In this document: positions 39,640-52,874 of the stretch, piece after piece | Numbering within the stretch: position 1 is the stretch's first letter | Layout of the letters: the number at the start of each line of letters is the position of its first letter | Origin: Catajapyx aquilonaris | Lineage: Eukaryota | Length of the DNA stretch: 64,000 nucleotides | Reading direction: 5' to 3' | Assembly: GCA_000934665.2 (NCBI GenBank) | Contig: KZ538425.1 | Span: forward strand, 1-64,000 | The notes under the pieces: generated by a model | What the model saw: the letters and a program-made list of their open reading frames with translations, nothing else | Databases searched by the model: none | What the model was told of the DNA's origin: nothing | Program-made: the position numbers and the translations under genes

Positions 39640-42600
39640 TATGTTTGTCCGACTCGTACGGCGCTGGAGGCCGATTTACCACCCAGTACTATTCTTCACG
39701 CATAGATGGCATGCAATTCCCCTGCACACTCCTGCCACTCTCAAGTCGTGCGAAAGTGGTACTATCAGATAGGACAAACATCCGTATAGGAGAGAATAAG
39801 CGGATTAGATTGGCTAAACTGACTTGTTGTCACCCCCCTTTTTGCTACTTGCTGGGAAGATAATCGAGCCAAACCTCCTGAATTGCCATCGGGAATTTTC
39901 GTGCGCTCCAAGCAATTGCGCCAGTCTGTGACGATTATCGGAAATGGAGCGCCGATTGACGCCTTTCCTGCGGTCGCGCCAAATGAGAAGAGCATTTCCT
40001 GATTGGACGACTCATCCCGACGATTTGATTCGATCGGTGCCAGTTTTGCGGGGGGAGAGAGAGACGGAAAAGCAAGAGAGGGCCATTTTTGGGGGGTATG
40101 GGCCCGGAAAAACAAAAACCGGAAAAAACATGAGGATTTTCACTTCTTCAAGAAGACAAATTCAGTGGTGTTCAGAATAAACGAGACCACTTCCGGCTTC
40201 TTCGCCAAAAACCAGCAGCCTCTTTTTCCCTTCAAGATCCTTTCCCTCTTCCTACTTTCTCCTTAATTCCCCCTCGCTCTCAAATGTCCGCATCCATAAT
40301 CTTAAATCGACGAAGGATCCGAGAGCGTGGGTTGTGGGAGGGGTGGGATGGAAAAGGAAGGTTAACTGAACACCGCATTAACACGAGGCGATCCGTTTTT
40401 TTCCCCCCCTACCCGACGGCTTCCCAGTTCGCAGGCTCAGAACCCTCCGAAAAACTGCCCCGTGCTGCGCCTTTGCCATGCAAACTATGCAAGAGCACAT
40501 CTCACATGCTGCTTTTGCCTCCCGCAGACTCTTCCGCCTCTTTCACTCTTCCTCCCATTTATTTTTATTCTGGTGATGCTTCAGGTGCTGGAACCGCATT
40601 AAGGTGGATCAAAAATTTTTTGAATTTGGCTCCTCATAACCAGTCAACACTTGCATGTTAACAGCTTGTCACTATTCGCAGTGTAATGGTAATTATTTCA
40701 CCAATTTTCAGCACACACTGTGTAGAATATTTACTGTTCTGGAAAACATTTAGTGCACGTCGCATTTGTCGCATGTCGACCACTAGAATACATACGGTAG
40801 CACCCTAGATTCCAGTTCCCTGGAAAATCCAATCCCCTGCACTCATTAGCGGATAAGCCTCGCACAAAATCAATCACGTAAGAGGTCGCAAAAATATGCC
40901 AACTCCCTAGCCAAAATAATGGATCCAAAACGCACCCTACCGTACCCTAAAAACCGACCCTTACCAATTTTTTTTTTTCACTCTCCCTCCCCACTAGAAA
41001 CACATTCAAGCCTATCTCTCTCTCTCCCTGGCTCTCCTCCAGCCTCCTCTTCCTCATCATCGTAACCTAATAGCCAGCGGCAAGCTTGCTCCGTGATAGG
41101 ATCATTTATCATTGCAAGGCGGCCTCATTAATCTGGAATCTGACGTCCAATTTACCCGATTAAATCGTGCCATGCAGGGGAAAATGAGGCCCAACTTCAA
41201 CCGTATCCACTCCATTTGGTCCACTGGCCACCCCCCCCCCCCTTCCTCCTCCTCCTCTCTCTCCCCCCCTGGTTTTCCCTGCTATTGCTAACCCCCCATC
41301 CTCTCCAACCCACCACCACCACCACCACCAACCCGAACCATAGCCGACCCGACGGAATTAGCAATTTATTGACACCCGCTTGCGCTTGGGCCCAAACGAA
41401 GGGCCGGTGCCGATTCAGCAAGCGAGAGTGAGGCTGCAGCTCCCCAGTTGCAGGCATTAGAGAGGCACTAATGCTCGCTCTATCACTCAGGGAATGGCCA
41501 AAAATGGGATTAGGCGCGATTGAAAAACTGGGCTTAGTCCGCGAAATGTGGATAATGGGGCGGGCTCAGAGTAAAAGAGGGGGGGAAAAGCAGCACCCCC
41601 TAGCTCTATACTATATATCCAATGCTTCAATTTTGGTTCGAGGGGTTGGTGGAGGGGGGAGGGGGAGGGGAAAAAATATGCGCCCAATTTCGCTTCCAAG
41701 TGTCAATGCCTTGTTATTGTTTCCCCCGGACACATGTCGCCAGAGTCGCGGAACAAGGGTGACAATAATTACAGGGCGTAAGCCACCTGCTGCGGGGTCG
41801 GCCTCTGACCCTCTGAGTGATTGCGATTTTATGGTATGGGGGGCAAGCTGAGGGCCAGGTGGTACACCAATCAGCAGAAAGGGGCACGAGAAACTGATAT
41901 GTTCATTTACATGTAGCTGAATCAATCACTTTATCGACAAACTTTAAGTATGGGGAATAAAAATTACATTTGTTTTAAAAACATCCAAATTTTCCTAGTA
42001 TTCTGTCTGTCCATGTGGACTCACCGGCGCTTATAGTTACCATAGTTTCACTTTCCCAGTTCAACACTCAGAGGACATAGCGGTCAGAGAGGCTTCAACT
42101 GGTGGGCTTTGTCCGCATGATGACTCATCACCAACGTGCATAGTACTACTTTCCCCCTGGGAACGGCGGTAGTGTGTAGAGGGACAGCCTATGCGCCAAC
42201 TGGTAGTGGCATATCGTACTACCGGTACGTACAAGTGGACAGTGTTGCCAAAATTTGGCAACAGATCCGCTACTAATTTTTTAGTAAATAAGCTGCTTAA
42301 TAAGAACGTCCATTTTCGCCAATTATATTGGTTACGACAATGTTGATGGACCTTGGGCACTTGTCATTTGCCGACATGGCATGCTGCAATTACTCTGTAT
42401 CTGTCCCAGCATGATCGCAGCACCTCCGAGAGGGACTGGAGGGAAAAGCAATACGATTAGCGGCGTCTTCTCATTTCCAGAAACAAAGTTTTAATCTTGT
42501 TCATTTATCGGCGCCGCGTTACGCAGTCACTTGCCGCGAAGACAGATTGTAAATTATAATTCCATGAAGGGAAAAGGGGGGGAGAGAGAACTCATTACAA

Positions 42601-45600
42601 AACTAAACCATTAAAGAAAGTGAGTACTCCAGCCAGTCCCTGGCAGCATCAATGAAAATGGAATGGCTTCTCCCTTTTCTCCCCGGTTTTCTAACAGTAT
42701 AGCTTACTACGCAGCGTGAAAAAGTTTTTCTCCTCCTCCCCCCATTTCCCCCCTTCGCCATTTCTTTCTTTCTCGACTCGCTATAACTTACAACTTCGCA
42801 AAAGTTGATTGAGCTGAAAATAATTACTCCAAAAGCTCCAACTCTCAAGCTGCTTGGGCTGCTCCAAAATGGGCCCTCTTGTTCGCCGAACGACTCGTCA
42901 AAGTCAACCTCTTTTTTTTTCAGAACTAAGAGAGAACCCTCCCCAAGTCGTAACACCAAAAACTGCTTTTGCTTCCTCACAAAATGCAACATTCAGGGCT
43001 CATTTTAACTCCAGTTTTTTTTCTCTCTCTTCTCTCCAAGCTAATACGCGCTTTCTGGACGATCATTACCTGCTTTTTATGCGGCCAATTTGGGCATGTG
43101 GTTCAATTTTGTACAGACTTATTTTGTCCTTGCGAATGACAAACTCGAGTTGAAAGCGGGGTTGGTGGGGGTGGTTGGGAGAGGGGGGCGTCCCTTTACC
43201 AAGATTGGCCTCGGTGCTCTAATATGTATTGCAGCGGAAACCACTCTAGCAGGATTATAGTTTCTAGTATACATTCCATAATAAGGCTATCTTATCACGA
43301 AGAGCTCTTCTGCGGCGACACACGCGAGCCCAGAAGTTAGCAGAAGCACACACAGCACACGTACAAAAAAAATAGAGCACTGTATTACGTTATATGCTTC
43401 TTGACATGTGCCGAACGCTTAATGCCATTTGTGTTTTAAAGTTTAACCTCCGAAATTGATCTTCGGGCCTATCAAGATATCCATATCGTTCCTGCCCTCC
43501 CAATGGCATGCTTGCTGAAGTCAAGAGAAACTGCCATGTTATTATTACTTCTTGTTGGGTTTTCGAGTTTGTGCTGTGTCTCCTCGGAAATATTGCAGGT
43601 CTCATGTGTTATCGGTCGGAAATGGACGGAAGTTGTGGGTGGGGTGGGCGGGCAATGGAGCAGGCGTAATGAAAAACTCCCCAGGTCACGTATATTCAGG
43701 GCCGACTCGTACACACAATTTTCTATTCTGGGTATCAATACGGCGGTCCTTACTGCCTGATGAGATCTTGCATAAGGAATTGGGGGGAAATTCGGTAATC
43801 ACAGGCATTACGACCTGCTGTGTGCGTGGGAAGTTAAGCCTCGAGTTTTCCCTTTTATCTGCGGCCAGGTAGAGATTTACTTTATAACGTATACGACATG
43901 CGTCACGTTGTAATGTAGTATTCATAAATGTGGCGTTGCATTTGTCATTCAGGCATTAAATTTTTGTTTGCCCTCGGGAATGCCATGAGCGACACAAATA
44001 TAGGAATGATTTCCTCCCAGGAGTAAACGTGCTAACAACCATTTTCCTGGCGAAATCAGTTATTGCCTTTGCAGTTGGAATATACAACTCCGGGTGCACT
44101 TTTCCTCCCCAATGGTTTTCATCAAAAGGTTAGAGCACATTTCGCAATGGGGAACCATTTACAGGCTATCTCTGCCAGGATATCGCCTTGATCTTGATGC
44201 ACGGTCACGTAAACATCATCATTTTACTTGCTAACACACACTTCACCACCACGAAACACGATGATTTTGTTGCATAAGCGATCGACACTTACGGCAAGAG
44301 ATTTTCTCCGGTAATCTTTACTGGGTGTTAACCTCTGGGGATTGTACCTCGTCATCAGTCCAAACTACACTATTCTGATAACAACCTCATTATATGCTTA
44401 GCCATATGTGGCTGTACAATCAGATGACATTGTTGCAAATATTGCCTTACTCATTGGAATCAGCTCTTCATAATGGTACACAAAATAATTTATTTGTGGC
44501 TAAACATCCTATGCTTATTTTTAAAAACTTCAGAAGGCAGCTGGATGCATAACGAAGGAAATATCGCGCTCATGCAGATCCCATTTGCAAAAACGGGAAG
44601 GAATTTCAGGGTTTTCACAATGGACGTCCGGATAGTCGGGGATAAACCGACAAATGATGGAGAGTAAAAAAAAAAGCAAAAATAAAAAAGGAGGTGGAAG
44701 GGGGGAGAAGTAGCCTCTTTGACTTGAGCAATTCCCTCGCCTGGTTTCATCGACTCTTTTTAGCCACCCTGGGGATCCATAATTTTTTACGCCAAAATTC
44801 TGGCAGGGGCTGAAGAGGCGGCTGAACTGCTCTTAGAGCCCCCAGACGTCGGAAGGAGAAAGAACGGTCGGTTCTCTGGTATTACAAGCCCAGCAAGAAG
44901 CAACCTTTAGTATTAGGCCAGGCAGCACCCTGGGTCGTCCGTTATAAGAAAGAAAATAAGAAAAAAAGCCAAGCGTGTTATCGTCCAGCTTAGTTTTGGA
45001 ATCGGACAGAGCAGTGGGTGGGTGGGACACAAACCCACCCACCATGCCCCTCCATTCCTTTATTGATTCCGGGACTCCCCAAACGGTCGCAACTCCCCGC
45101 CTATCGGCCCGTTTATCAGGAGATGGCCCGAACACTGTTTCACCTCGTTTGCAGCCACTTATATTCCGCCAATGTATGTATCACGCTCGCCATCTTATAA
45201 ATAATGGATTCTTGGCCGACATTAGGATTGGAAAGGGCTTATCACGAACTAAGATAATGAAATACCGCTTGGACTTGGATGACGTGGAAATGCAGCTTTT
45301 GAGGCCTATAGTATGTGGCCGTTTGCTAGCACGATAAGGCCCAAAGTCGAGCCAATGCCTCCGGGCAACTTCTAAATTTCGACCTTCCCCTCCTCCACCC
45401 TCTCTCTCTCCGTGTGTATAGAGCTTGGCTGCTGCTGCTGCTGCTACATCTGACTTCTGCGGATAAACTAGGCCTCCTCCCCACAGGGATCAACCCTAGG
45501 TATATTACGACGCAACATGCACACACAATTTATACGAACGAAACGACACAAAATTATTCGCACTCAAAGCATTATACACATAGATTTATCGACCAGTCTC

Positions 45601-46319
45601 TGACAAGAAAGAAATATAGTTTGGCCGCACTTTTCGACGGAATAACCCTGCAGGCTTACACCCAGCTTATTATTGAATTACATCAGCAACAAACCCTGAA
45701 CACGAATCTTGGAAGGCACCTTTACTCTATATATACAGAGAGAGAGAGACGTTCCCAGCAGCAGCTCCATTGCTGGCAGCAGGTTGGCCAATCTTCATTC
45801 CTGCCTCGAAGCACGTGCGGCGCTAATGTCTGTCTTATCATTGGGTGGGACTCTCCATGTAACCATCGCGGCCTAAATAAGAAGAGCTCCTTGAAGCAGC
45901 AGTTACTTCCGGACGCCAGGCCATCCCCAGCAAAGTTTAGTGTGCTGTTCTATACCTCCAGCTTGCATTTGGCCCATATTCCGAGTGCTGGGGCAATAAG
46001 GACTTAGCCTGCCGCAGGTCCCGCCGCGTTTGCCGCCGCTCCATGCAAATTATTTATCCTATATAGAATACCGCGGACTAATGGTGCAAAATATCCGCGT
46101 GTTTAAACGCTCCCGCAAAAGTACACCGAACCGTTTGAAGCTCCCCATTTGACTCTCTGCATGATAAACATATCATTGTAAATACGGGTGGGGTCCCACG
46201 ATCGGGAAATAATATTGGGGAGGTGATATACGGGTCCGAAGTTTCCACAGAATCGCCACAGGCTGAAAACCGCAGAATAATGAGAGAACAAAAGGTCATG
46301 TCCAAGTACATAAGCTGTA

Positions 46320-46585
46320 CTAGCAGGGGACCCTTTCTTCGCCAGGTGATTGATAAAATAAAAGAAATGTAGCCACAATTGTAGCAATGAGACACCAAAC
46401 ACATTTTAAAAATTCTAGGTTTTGGGCATTTAGACTCAAAATATTGCAGTTTTAGAACTTTTCCCTTTATCAGAGGCACTTAAGACGTCAGTGTGCCAAA
46501 TTTCAGAATTGTCAGTAATCCGAAAGTGGGTTAGGTAGCCGTGACATACATAAACCAACAAACTTTCTTTTTTATATATGTAAGA
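46320..46585 (-). mobile_element. Complete 266-bp non-autonomous Helitron-like element
   Basis: The minus strand reads A|TCTTACATATATAAAA ... ACCTGGCGAAGAAAGGGTCCCCTGCTAG|T: 5'-TC, 3'-CTAG, insertion between A and T, no target-site duplication and a degenerate subterminal hairpin; second copy at 10853-11076. Confidence 0.82.
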
Positions 46586-46663
46586 TATTGACATCACTAG
46601 GCTACAGGTGTACTGTGTGCAATAGTCATCGCTGGCTACCCCATTTTTGGGATAATGCCATGA

Positions 46664-46702
<39 letters not shown>
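46664..46702. repeat. (TTA)n microsatellite
   Basis: About 13 perfect units. Confidence 0.95.
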
Positions 46703-47846
46703 GGCGGGTTTGGATCGATCAAATTAATTGAGCGTCAACGTCTCGTTTCGATCGGAAACGAGGCTCGCGTATACCTCGTTATATCAAAAAGCTGAGCACC
46801 AACCATCCATCACTGTAGGGTCAGAGTCTTATTCCACACCCTATAAAAGGAAAAGGCTGGGGTGTCATCTTTTCGCATAGACCAGCACATTTTTTTTTGT
46901 GTGCCCCTTCCACCCCCATAGTGGAGGTCATCATAATTCCAGGACGTGCGTCAAATTTCACAATTTAGGACCGGAGCACTATTCGGCGACACTTTTTTTC
47001 CCCCTCCTCCTCTGCTACTCCTGCCCCCCCTCTTTCCAACGAACGATCCCCCCTGCCGCTAATTTGAATCGTGTTTCGTTCAACTTTAATCCGGAACCAA
47101 ATTTCAATTTCCGGGCCGGGTCCTGGGCTCTAAAGAAGCTGCTGACTGCGGGCCCGTACGAGCGTTTGGGGCCGTCCCCGAACGATCCCCCAAACGCCCC
47201 GAACTGGGGCTTACCTCTGTCCTGCTTGCCCCAGTTTATTTGTAATTTGGGAAAACACTTTATTACTTTACGAATCACCTCCGATCTGCTGGTGGTTCCC
47301 AGCAGGGCCATCTCCAGCCTGACTTATGAGGTGTGGGTTTTCATTATTTTTAACTTTGCTGAACAAATGAAAGCCGGGGAGGAGACGAAGGTCGCCCCGG
47401 CGAGAAAGGGACCCTTGGGGGCCACGCCACTTGCAAGCCAAGAATAACGGACGGGACCAAGACTCCGGGCGCGAAAATTGGGCGCGCTGGGTGATGAAAA
47501 GTAATTCTCTCCCCCCCTACCCCCCACCCACCCACCCACCCACCAGCCTTCTTCGCCACCTTCACAGCCTGTTTCCAAATGGAATCATTTTGTTAGGGGG
47601 AAAGGCGAGGAAGAGAGAAGAGACGGCTCCGGGGACTACCAACCTCACGTTCTCTTTGGCTACTTGCCGCTTCTTTTTAACTGCAGGTTAAGAAAATTCA
47701 CCTGTAAGTGTGTCGCTTTCTGATATATATATTTTTAAAAAGCGGCATGGAGATGCCTACAGTATCCACAGCATAACTTCTCAAAAAGTAGGATGCGACC
47801 TCTGCCTCTCCAGACACCCAATATGATTGATGGAGCTGCTACAAAG

Positions 47847-47949
47847 AGAGGATTTCTTATATGGACCGCACTGTACCCACCATTCTGATTGGTGGAGCAT
47901 CTCCACCAATCAGACTGGTGGGTACAGTTCGGTCCATAAAAAATCCTCT
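47847..47949. repeat. About 103-bp hairpin palindrome with a 3-nt loop
   Basis: AGAGGATTTCTTATATGGACCGCACTGTACCCACCATTCTGATTGGTGGAG-cat-CTCCACCAATCAGACTGGTGGGTACAGTTCGGTCCATAAAAAATCCTCT. Confidence 0.88.
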
Positions 47950-49028
47950 GCCGTGTATTCCTGAACCACATGCGTCGCAATATTAAGGACATACCTATTT
48001 TTTGGGGGGAGAAGTTCGCTGTAGGTATAGTATACAGACATGTGAATTATTTGCCCATTTTCTTTTTTTAAAAAAAAGTTGGCCCGTGGCACAAAGTCCG
48101 GGCTACAAACATATCCTAAACAAATACAGGGTCGGACAGGGGAGCGTGCCCCTCCCCCCCTTTTCACATTAATTCTCGTATTTTGTCTGCAAATGGAATC
48201 ATAAAAAGCGTCTGAGCCGCTGGACTCCAACCTGAGACCTGAGCAAACACGGGGCCATACAAAGCCTATCCCGAGCCAATATGACCATGCCGAATGGCTG
48301 TTTAAACGCCGACTAAACCTCCCCCCCCCCCCAACCCTTTCCAACAAAACTCTTCCTTTTTCTGCAACTCTGCAAAAACAAGAAACAAGCTGCACAAAAG
48401 CTTCTGTATACACCCACGGTTATAACTCGCCACATAAGCCATTCTCTAGCGGAAAAATTGCGTCCGCTCCCTAAATAAACGACATAATACGCGAAAACAG
48501 AAAGGGTAGAGTATCATATTTTTTTTAGCCTTCACTCGAATAAAACCTTCCAAGCTACACACACATATTTTGTGTGCCATATGCATGACCGAACCTCTCA
48601 TACACTGACTTGTTGCCCTTATCGAGGTATTGACTTCATTATTATATTAATATACGCTCCGTGGCAACCATCCTCTGTCGTTATATAAACCCAGGGTCAT
48701 GCAGTGTTGACCGGACTATCACACACACACCCGCAAAAAAAAGAGAAAGAAAAAGGCCTTTTGGGAGCAGTTATTCCCCCCGTAGTTTCCACCCGGATTT
48801 TGTAGCTCGTTTTCCCAACACCCACCAATTCGGACAGATACGGTTAGATTGGCGTAGTGGACAAAAATTGGCACGAGCGTGTGCATACAGCCCGTTGTCA
48901 CCATCATTTTGCGGAATTTCGAGGGGGGCTTGATGCGGTCCTAATCGAGTGCCTGATCTCTTGCGATCTGAAGTCATGAAACACGCATTGTCGTAATATA
49001 TGGCCGCCACAGGTATCCCCAAAAATTC

Positions 49029-49495
49029 ACTGAAAAATGTGCTCATGTTGGCCACGTACGAGTGACAGAATTTGCTAACTCTTTGGACACAAGATCTTTC
49101 ATCAGTGCATCGTTCGTAGCATGTATCACTCAAAAGATTGAGTGCTTTTCCTCTCAATTTGAGTTATTTTTCACTCAAATATTCTACCTGGATTGATTGC
49201 GGCTCAAATTGAACGGAAATCACTCTATCACTTGAGAGAAAGAGTAGGCCGCCTCTCATTATAACTCGTTTTTTGAGTAATTTGCCACTCGATTTGAGTT
49301 GCATCCGTTCTTTGTGAATTAAAAATCACTCAAAAATATCATTTTCCTACAGTACTCCTTTTTTAGTACAATTGTTTTAACTCAGAATTTCTAAAGTGAG
49401 CAAAAATCACCTCAACAAGAGCATTGTCCTAAAGTGCTCACTTTTTGAGTACAATTTTCACTCAATTTTTTAAGGAGTGATAATAGTGAGCACTT
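49029..49495. repeat. AT-rich degenerate repeat built from ACTCAA/TTGAGT motifs in both orientations (probable old transposon)
   Basis: More than ten CACTC/ACTCAA/TTGAGT motifs in about 450 bp; CACTGAAAAA at 49029 and TTTTCCTACAGT at about 49342 resemble weak termini. Confidence 0.5.
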
Positions 49496-50794
49496 TGGTT
49501 ATATTATTGCGAACTTTTTTTTCTTCCTGATCTTTGATTCAATAAAACGGCATTTTAAATATTCAATTCTGATGACATAGCAACAGAATAACAGAAAATC
49601 TTCGAAGAGTCATGGATAATCAATCATGAAAGAGAGGAAACGGAGCAAAAACCTGACTAAAAAAAGGGAAGAAACCCATGAAGATAGATCAATCCATCTA
49701 TCCTCCAATCCCCACGACCTCACCTTGGGTTAGTTCCCCCTCTCCTCCCCCATCTCCTCTCCTTTTCCCTCCCTCTCCAGCATCCCAGAGCGCCACCGGT
49801 CGCCAATCCCCACAAGACTCGGGCTCAATTTTCTCTAATTTTCTTTCCAATCTGCTGCCGTAACTGTTGGCCGGTCTCCGGTGGCCAGTTGGACTTATTA
49901 CTACTTCATTGAGCGGAAGGCTGCTGGACCTTCTTCCTATACCATGAAGAGAGAGAAAAAAAGAGTGGGGTGGAGGGTGGTCCTAATCACCACGTCCAAG
50001 GTTTCAGAGGACCGATCGCTTTGGGGAGGGAGTTGTCTGACCAATGTCCCAACAGGCGCACATATCCGGAATTATGGCCTCATTCGACAGGATTCGGATC
50101 TGATTAAATCATTACATTGGGCTCTGTTGTTACACACTATGGAGTATATAAGGACACTGCATTTCCATATCAAATGGCTGATGACCTATCAATGAGTAAT
50201 AATCGGTGGTCGTCAGCATTGGCCTCCAATAGTCCTTACCCCTCCTCCCGAACCACCTATCCATTCACAGCGTTTCACGAAGTTACGCGACAATCAAACG
50301 GCAGTACAAGAAGTGACTATAGGTCAAAAGGAAGAGTGATGTGATTTCCTCCCCGCATAAAGTGTTTAGCGAGAGCTTCTCCCCCGGAACATTTCCAACC
50401 CCCCCACCCCCTCCACCCTCCACACCCAAAGGAGCGTCTAACGCCGTAATCACGCGTCATTCTCCACTTCATTAAAGCCTTTGGGACAGGGCGAGGGAGT
50501 GGCGAAATTCAATATTCCTGGCTGGCGGGGGTGGGAGTGGGAGTGGGAGGAGAGGGGGAGGGACCTTTCCCTGCTTTGCTTTTTGCTTCTGGCGACGCTG
50601 GGACTTCAAATGCTCCTTGTCGACAACCAGAGGAAAAGCCCAAGTCATATCAACCCACCCGAAAACTCTCCAGAATACGAAATAAAAAAAGAGGATCAAA
50701 TTAAGTCTTAATGACATACACGAGTTGGGGACACAAGCTACAAACGTGACCTTTTGACATTATTTATGCTGCACGATCATTTTATCAACAACAA

Positions 50795-50935
50795 CAGTTT
50801 CGCTCGCATTTTTCTAGGGCGCATGCCTAGAAAGCCACTCGCTTTTTCTAGTCCTGCGGCCTGCGGTGGTGGAGGCCATATTGTTAACCGCGGTAACAAT
50901 ATAATGCATGCCAATCAGAAGGCTTGCACGAACAT
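50795..50935 (+). repeat. Second, shorter copy of the 21285-21722 repeat family
   Basis: TTCGCTCGCATTTTT at 50799, then GCCTGCG...CAT.TTGTTAA.CGC, then GCGGTAACAA...GCCAATCAGAAGGCTTGCAC at 50890-50929. Confidence 0.7.
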
Positions 50936-52860
50936 GCCAACTACGATTTTTTTAAAAAAATTATAAATGAGTCAACCTATGCAATCTATACGAGTGGGTG
51001 TTTCTAAAACGCGTCCTCTTCCTTCAAAATGGTCCAATAAAGACGCCATTTTGCACCTCATGATCTCCACCACTTCCCAATTGGAGTCTATAAGTGAGGC
51101 ATCGTCCCCTGCTTAGTTCTCTCTCCGCCATCGGCCCTATCAGCTAGCAGCAGACACTCCTGTAGAAGATAAAGGACGTCTCGGGCCTGCTTCGATCGGC
51201 GATGGTGCCATGGATGGAACAGGGGTTTTGGGGGTGTGTGGGAGGAGGAAGGGTAGGGAGAGAGAGGGAGACCGCCATGTTTCCTTGGTTGGGAAACGGC
51301 GCCAAATGAATCCCAGGTGAGATGCCGGCCGTGGTCACACCACAGCCTGAACTGCGGGCTTTACTGCCCTCTGCAGATTAATCATTGTTTCGAGAGAGCG
51401 CTCTGCTTGTCTGGCCCTACAAGTTTAGTCCAGCCTCGTAGTCCTAATGGCTTCCTGGGCTTGATGGAGGACTTAGCTGCGATGGCTTCGAGGTGGGGGA
51501 GGTTGCCGTGGTTTGCTGCCCTGTTAATTACACACCCCCTCTAACCCGCCTAAATTGGCCAAAATATGGTTTTGGGGGGAGGCGCCAAATGGCCCACTCG
51601 TTAGCATCTCTTGCGAATTTTGGAAGGGAAACATTCGCGAACACATTTTGAATTTTTTTTAAATAAAATTGTATAATAAATGTACCAGTCTATCCAACAA
51701 ATGCTCCGGTACATTAAATTCGTAATTAAATGGCAAAGTTACACCATTATATCCACCTCAAGGGGGTGCGTTCTTAAAGTCCGAAGTCTGGCCAAGTTCT
51801 GTTTCGTCGCACTGCGAACATTTGGGGAGTGGGTGGGTAGGGAGGTAGAAGGAGCTCAAGTCCGTTAACTAAGTTGGAGAGAGCGCCATTATCCTCTTCC
51901 CAAATCAGTTTCTGTTTGAAAAGCCGCCTCGCTCGCTTCCCTGAGTACATAATACCGGCCGATGAAAGCGGATTGAGATTGAACGTAATGGAGACTCGGG
52001 GTAACAGTAATAGATATCCCACCTCGAATGATTTTGTCACTTGGCAAACACGGATGAGGCCTGACAGACGCGTCTAGGGTTTCCTCTCTCCCTCTCTCTT
52101 TTCCCTCAGCATCCCAGCATCTCTCCCCGGAAAGAGCTGATTTCAGGCTCGGAAACCCATGGCATCAGAGCAAATCTTGGCAAGGGAAGAAGGAAGTGGG
52201 AAGTGCAAGAAAGGCCTTTGTCTTCAGGGGGGAAAAGAAGCGCGCGGAGAAGATAGAGAAAAAAGGGAAAGAAAAGCCAGAGAGAGAGAAAGGGAGGGGG
52301 GTAAGGAGGATATCAATATTTATTTCGGGCTGACGTTAGTGATTTGGACAAATGAAGACAGAAAAGGGGGGGGGGGGGAAGAGAGAGAGTATTTGCTGGC
52401 GAAAGGAAAAGAAAGAGATGTCGAGTGTGGGAGGGGTTTTTTGGGGGGTGGGGTGTAAGCTTTTGGCTCGGATCAATACCCGGTGAGGATCCTCTCTCTC
52501 TCTTCTCTGGTGCCGGCGCCCGCCAGGAGGTTGAAAGTGCCAATGAAGATTAGCCTACCGCAGAAAATAGACATTGCAGTGAGGGAAGGTTGGAGGCGGC
52601 GGGCATGCCAGCGGCTGCCTTCTTCTTAAAACCAAGACAGCCGGAGAGGATTCTTTATTTATTGACGGCACCTTCCCCCCCTCGCCATTTTCTTCCCTAT
52701 ACCACACACTACCATCCGCATTCAGAGTAGCTCTTTTCATGCCCAACAAACGACGCCCTCCTTGATTATTAACAACCCTTATCTAAACAAATACATCTAA
52801 ACTGCGCATTTTTACGCAAAATATAGTTAAGTATGTTTTCACCCACATCTTCAACTGCCT

Positions 52861-52874
52861 ACTCCCAAGGGAAT
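52861..52874. promoter_or_regulatory. Candidate COE/EBF binding site ACTCCCAAGGGAAT
   Basis: One mismatch to the palindromic consensus ATTCCCNNGGGAAT; lies inside the gene's own giant intron. Motif match only. Confidence 0.35.

Noticed and set aside
42240..42263. CAGTGTTGCCAAAATTTGGCAACA mini-palindrome resembling fused hAT-type termini
   Set aside because: Too short, with no target-site duplication or second copy to support an element call.
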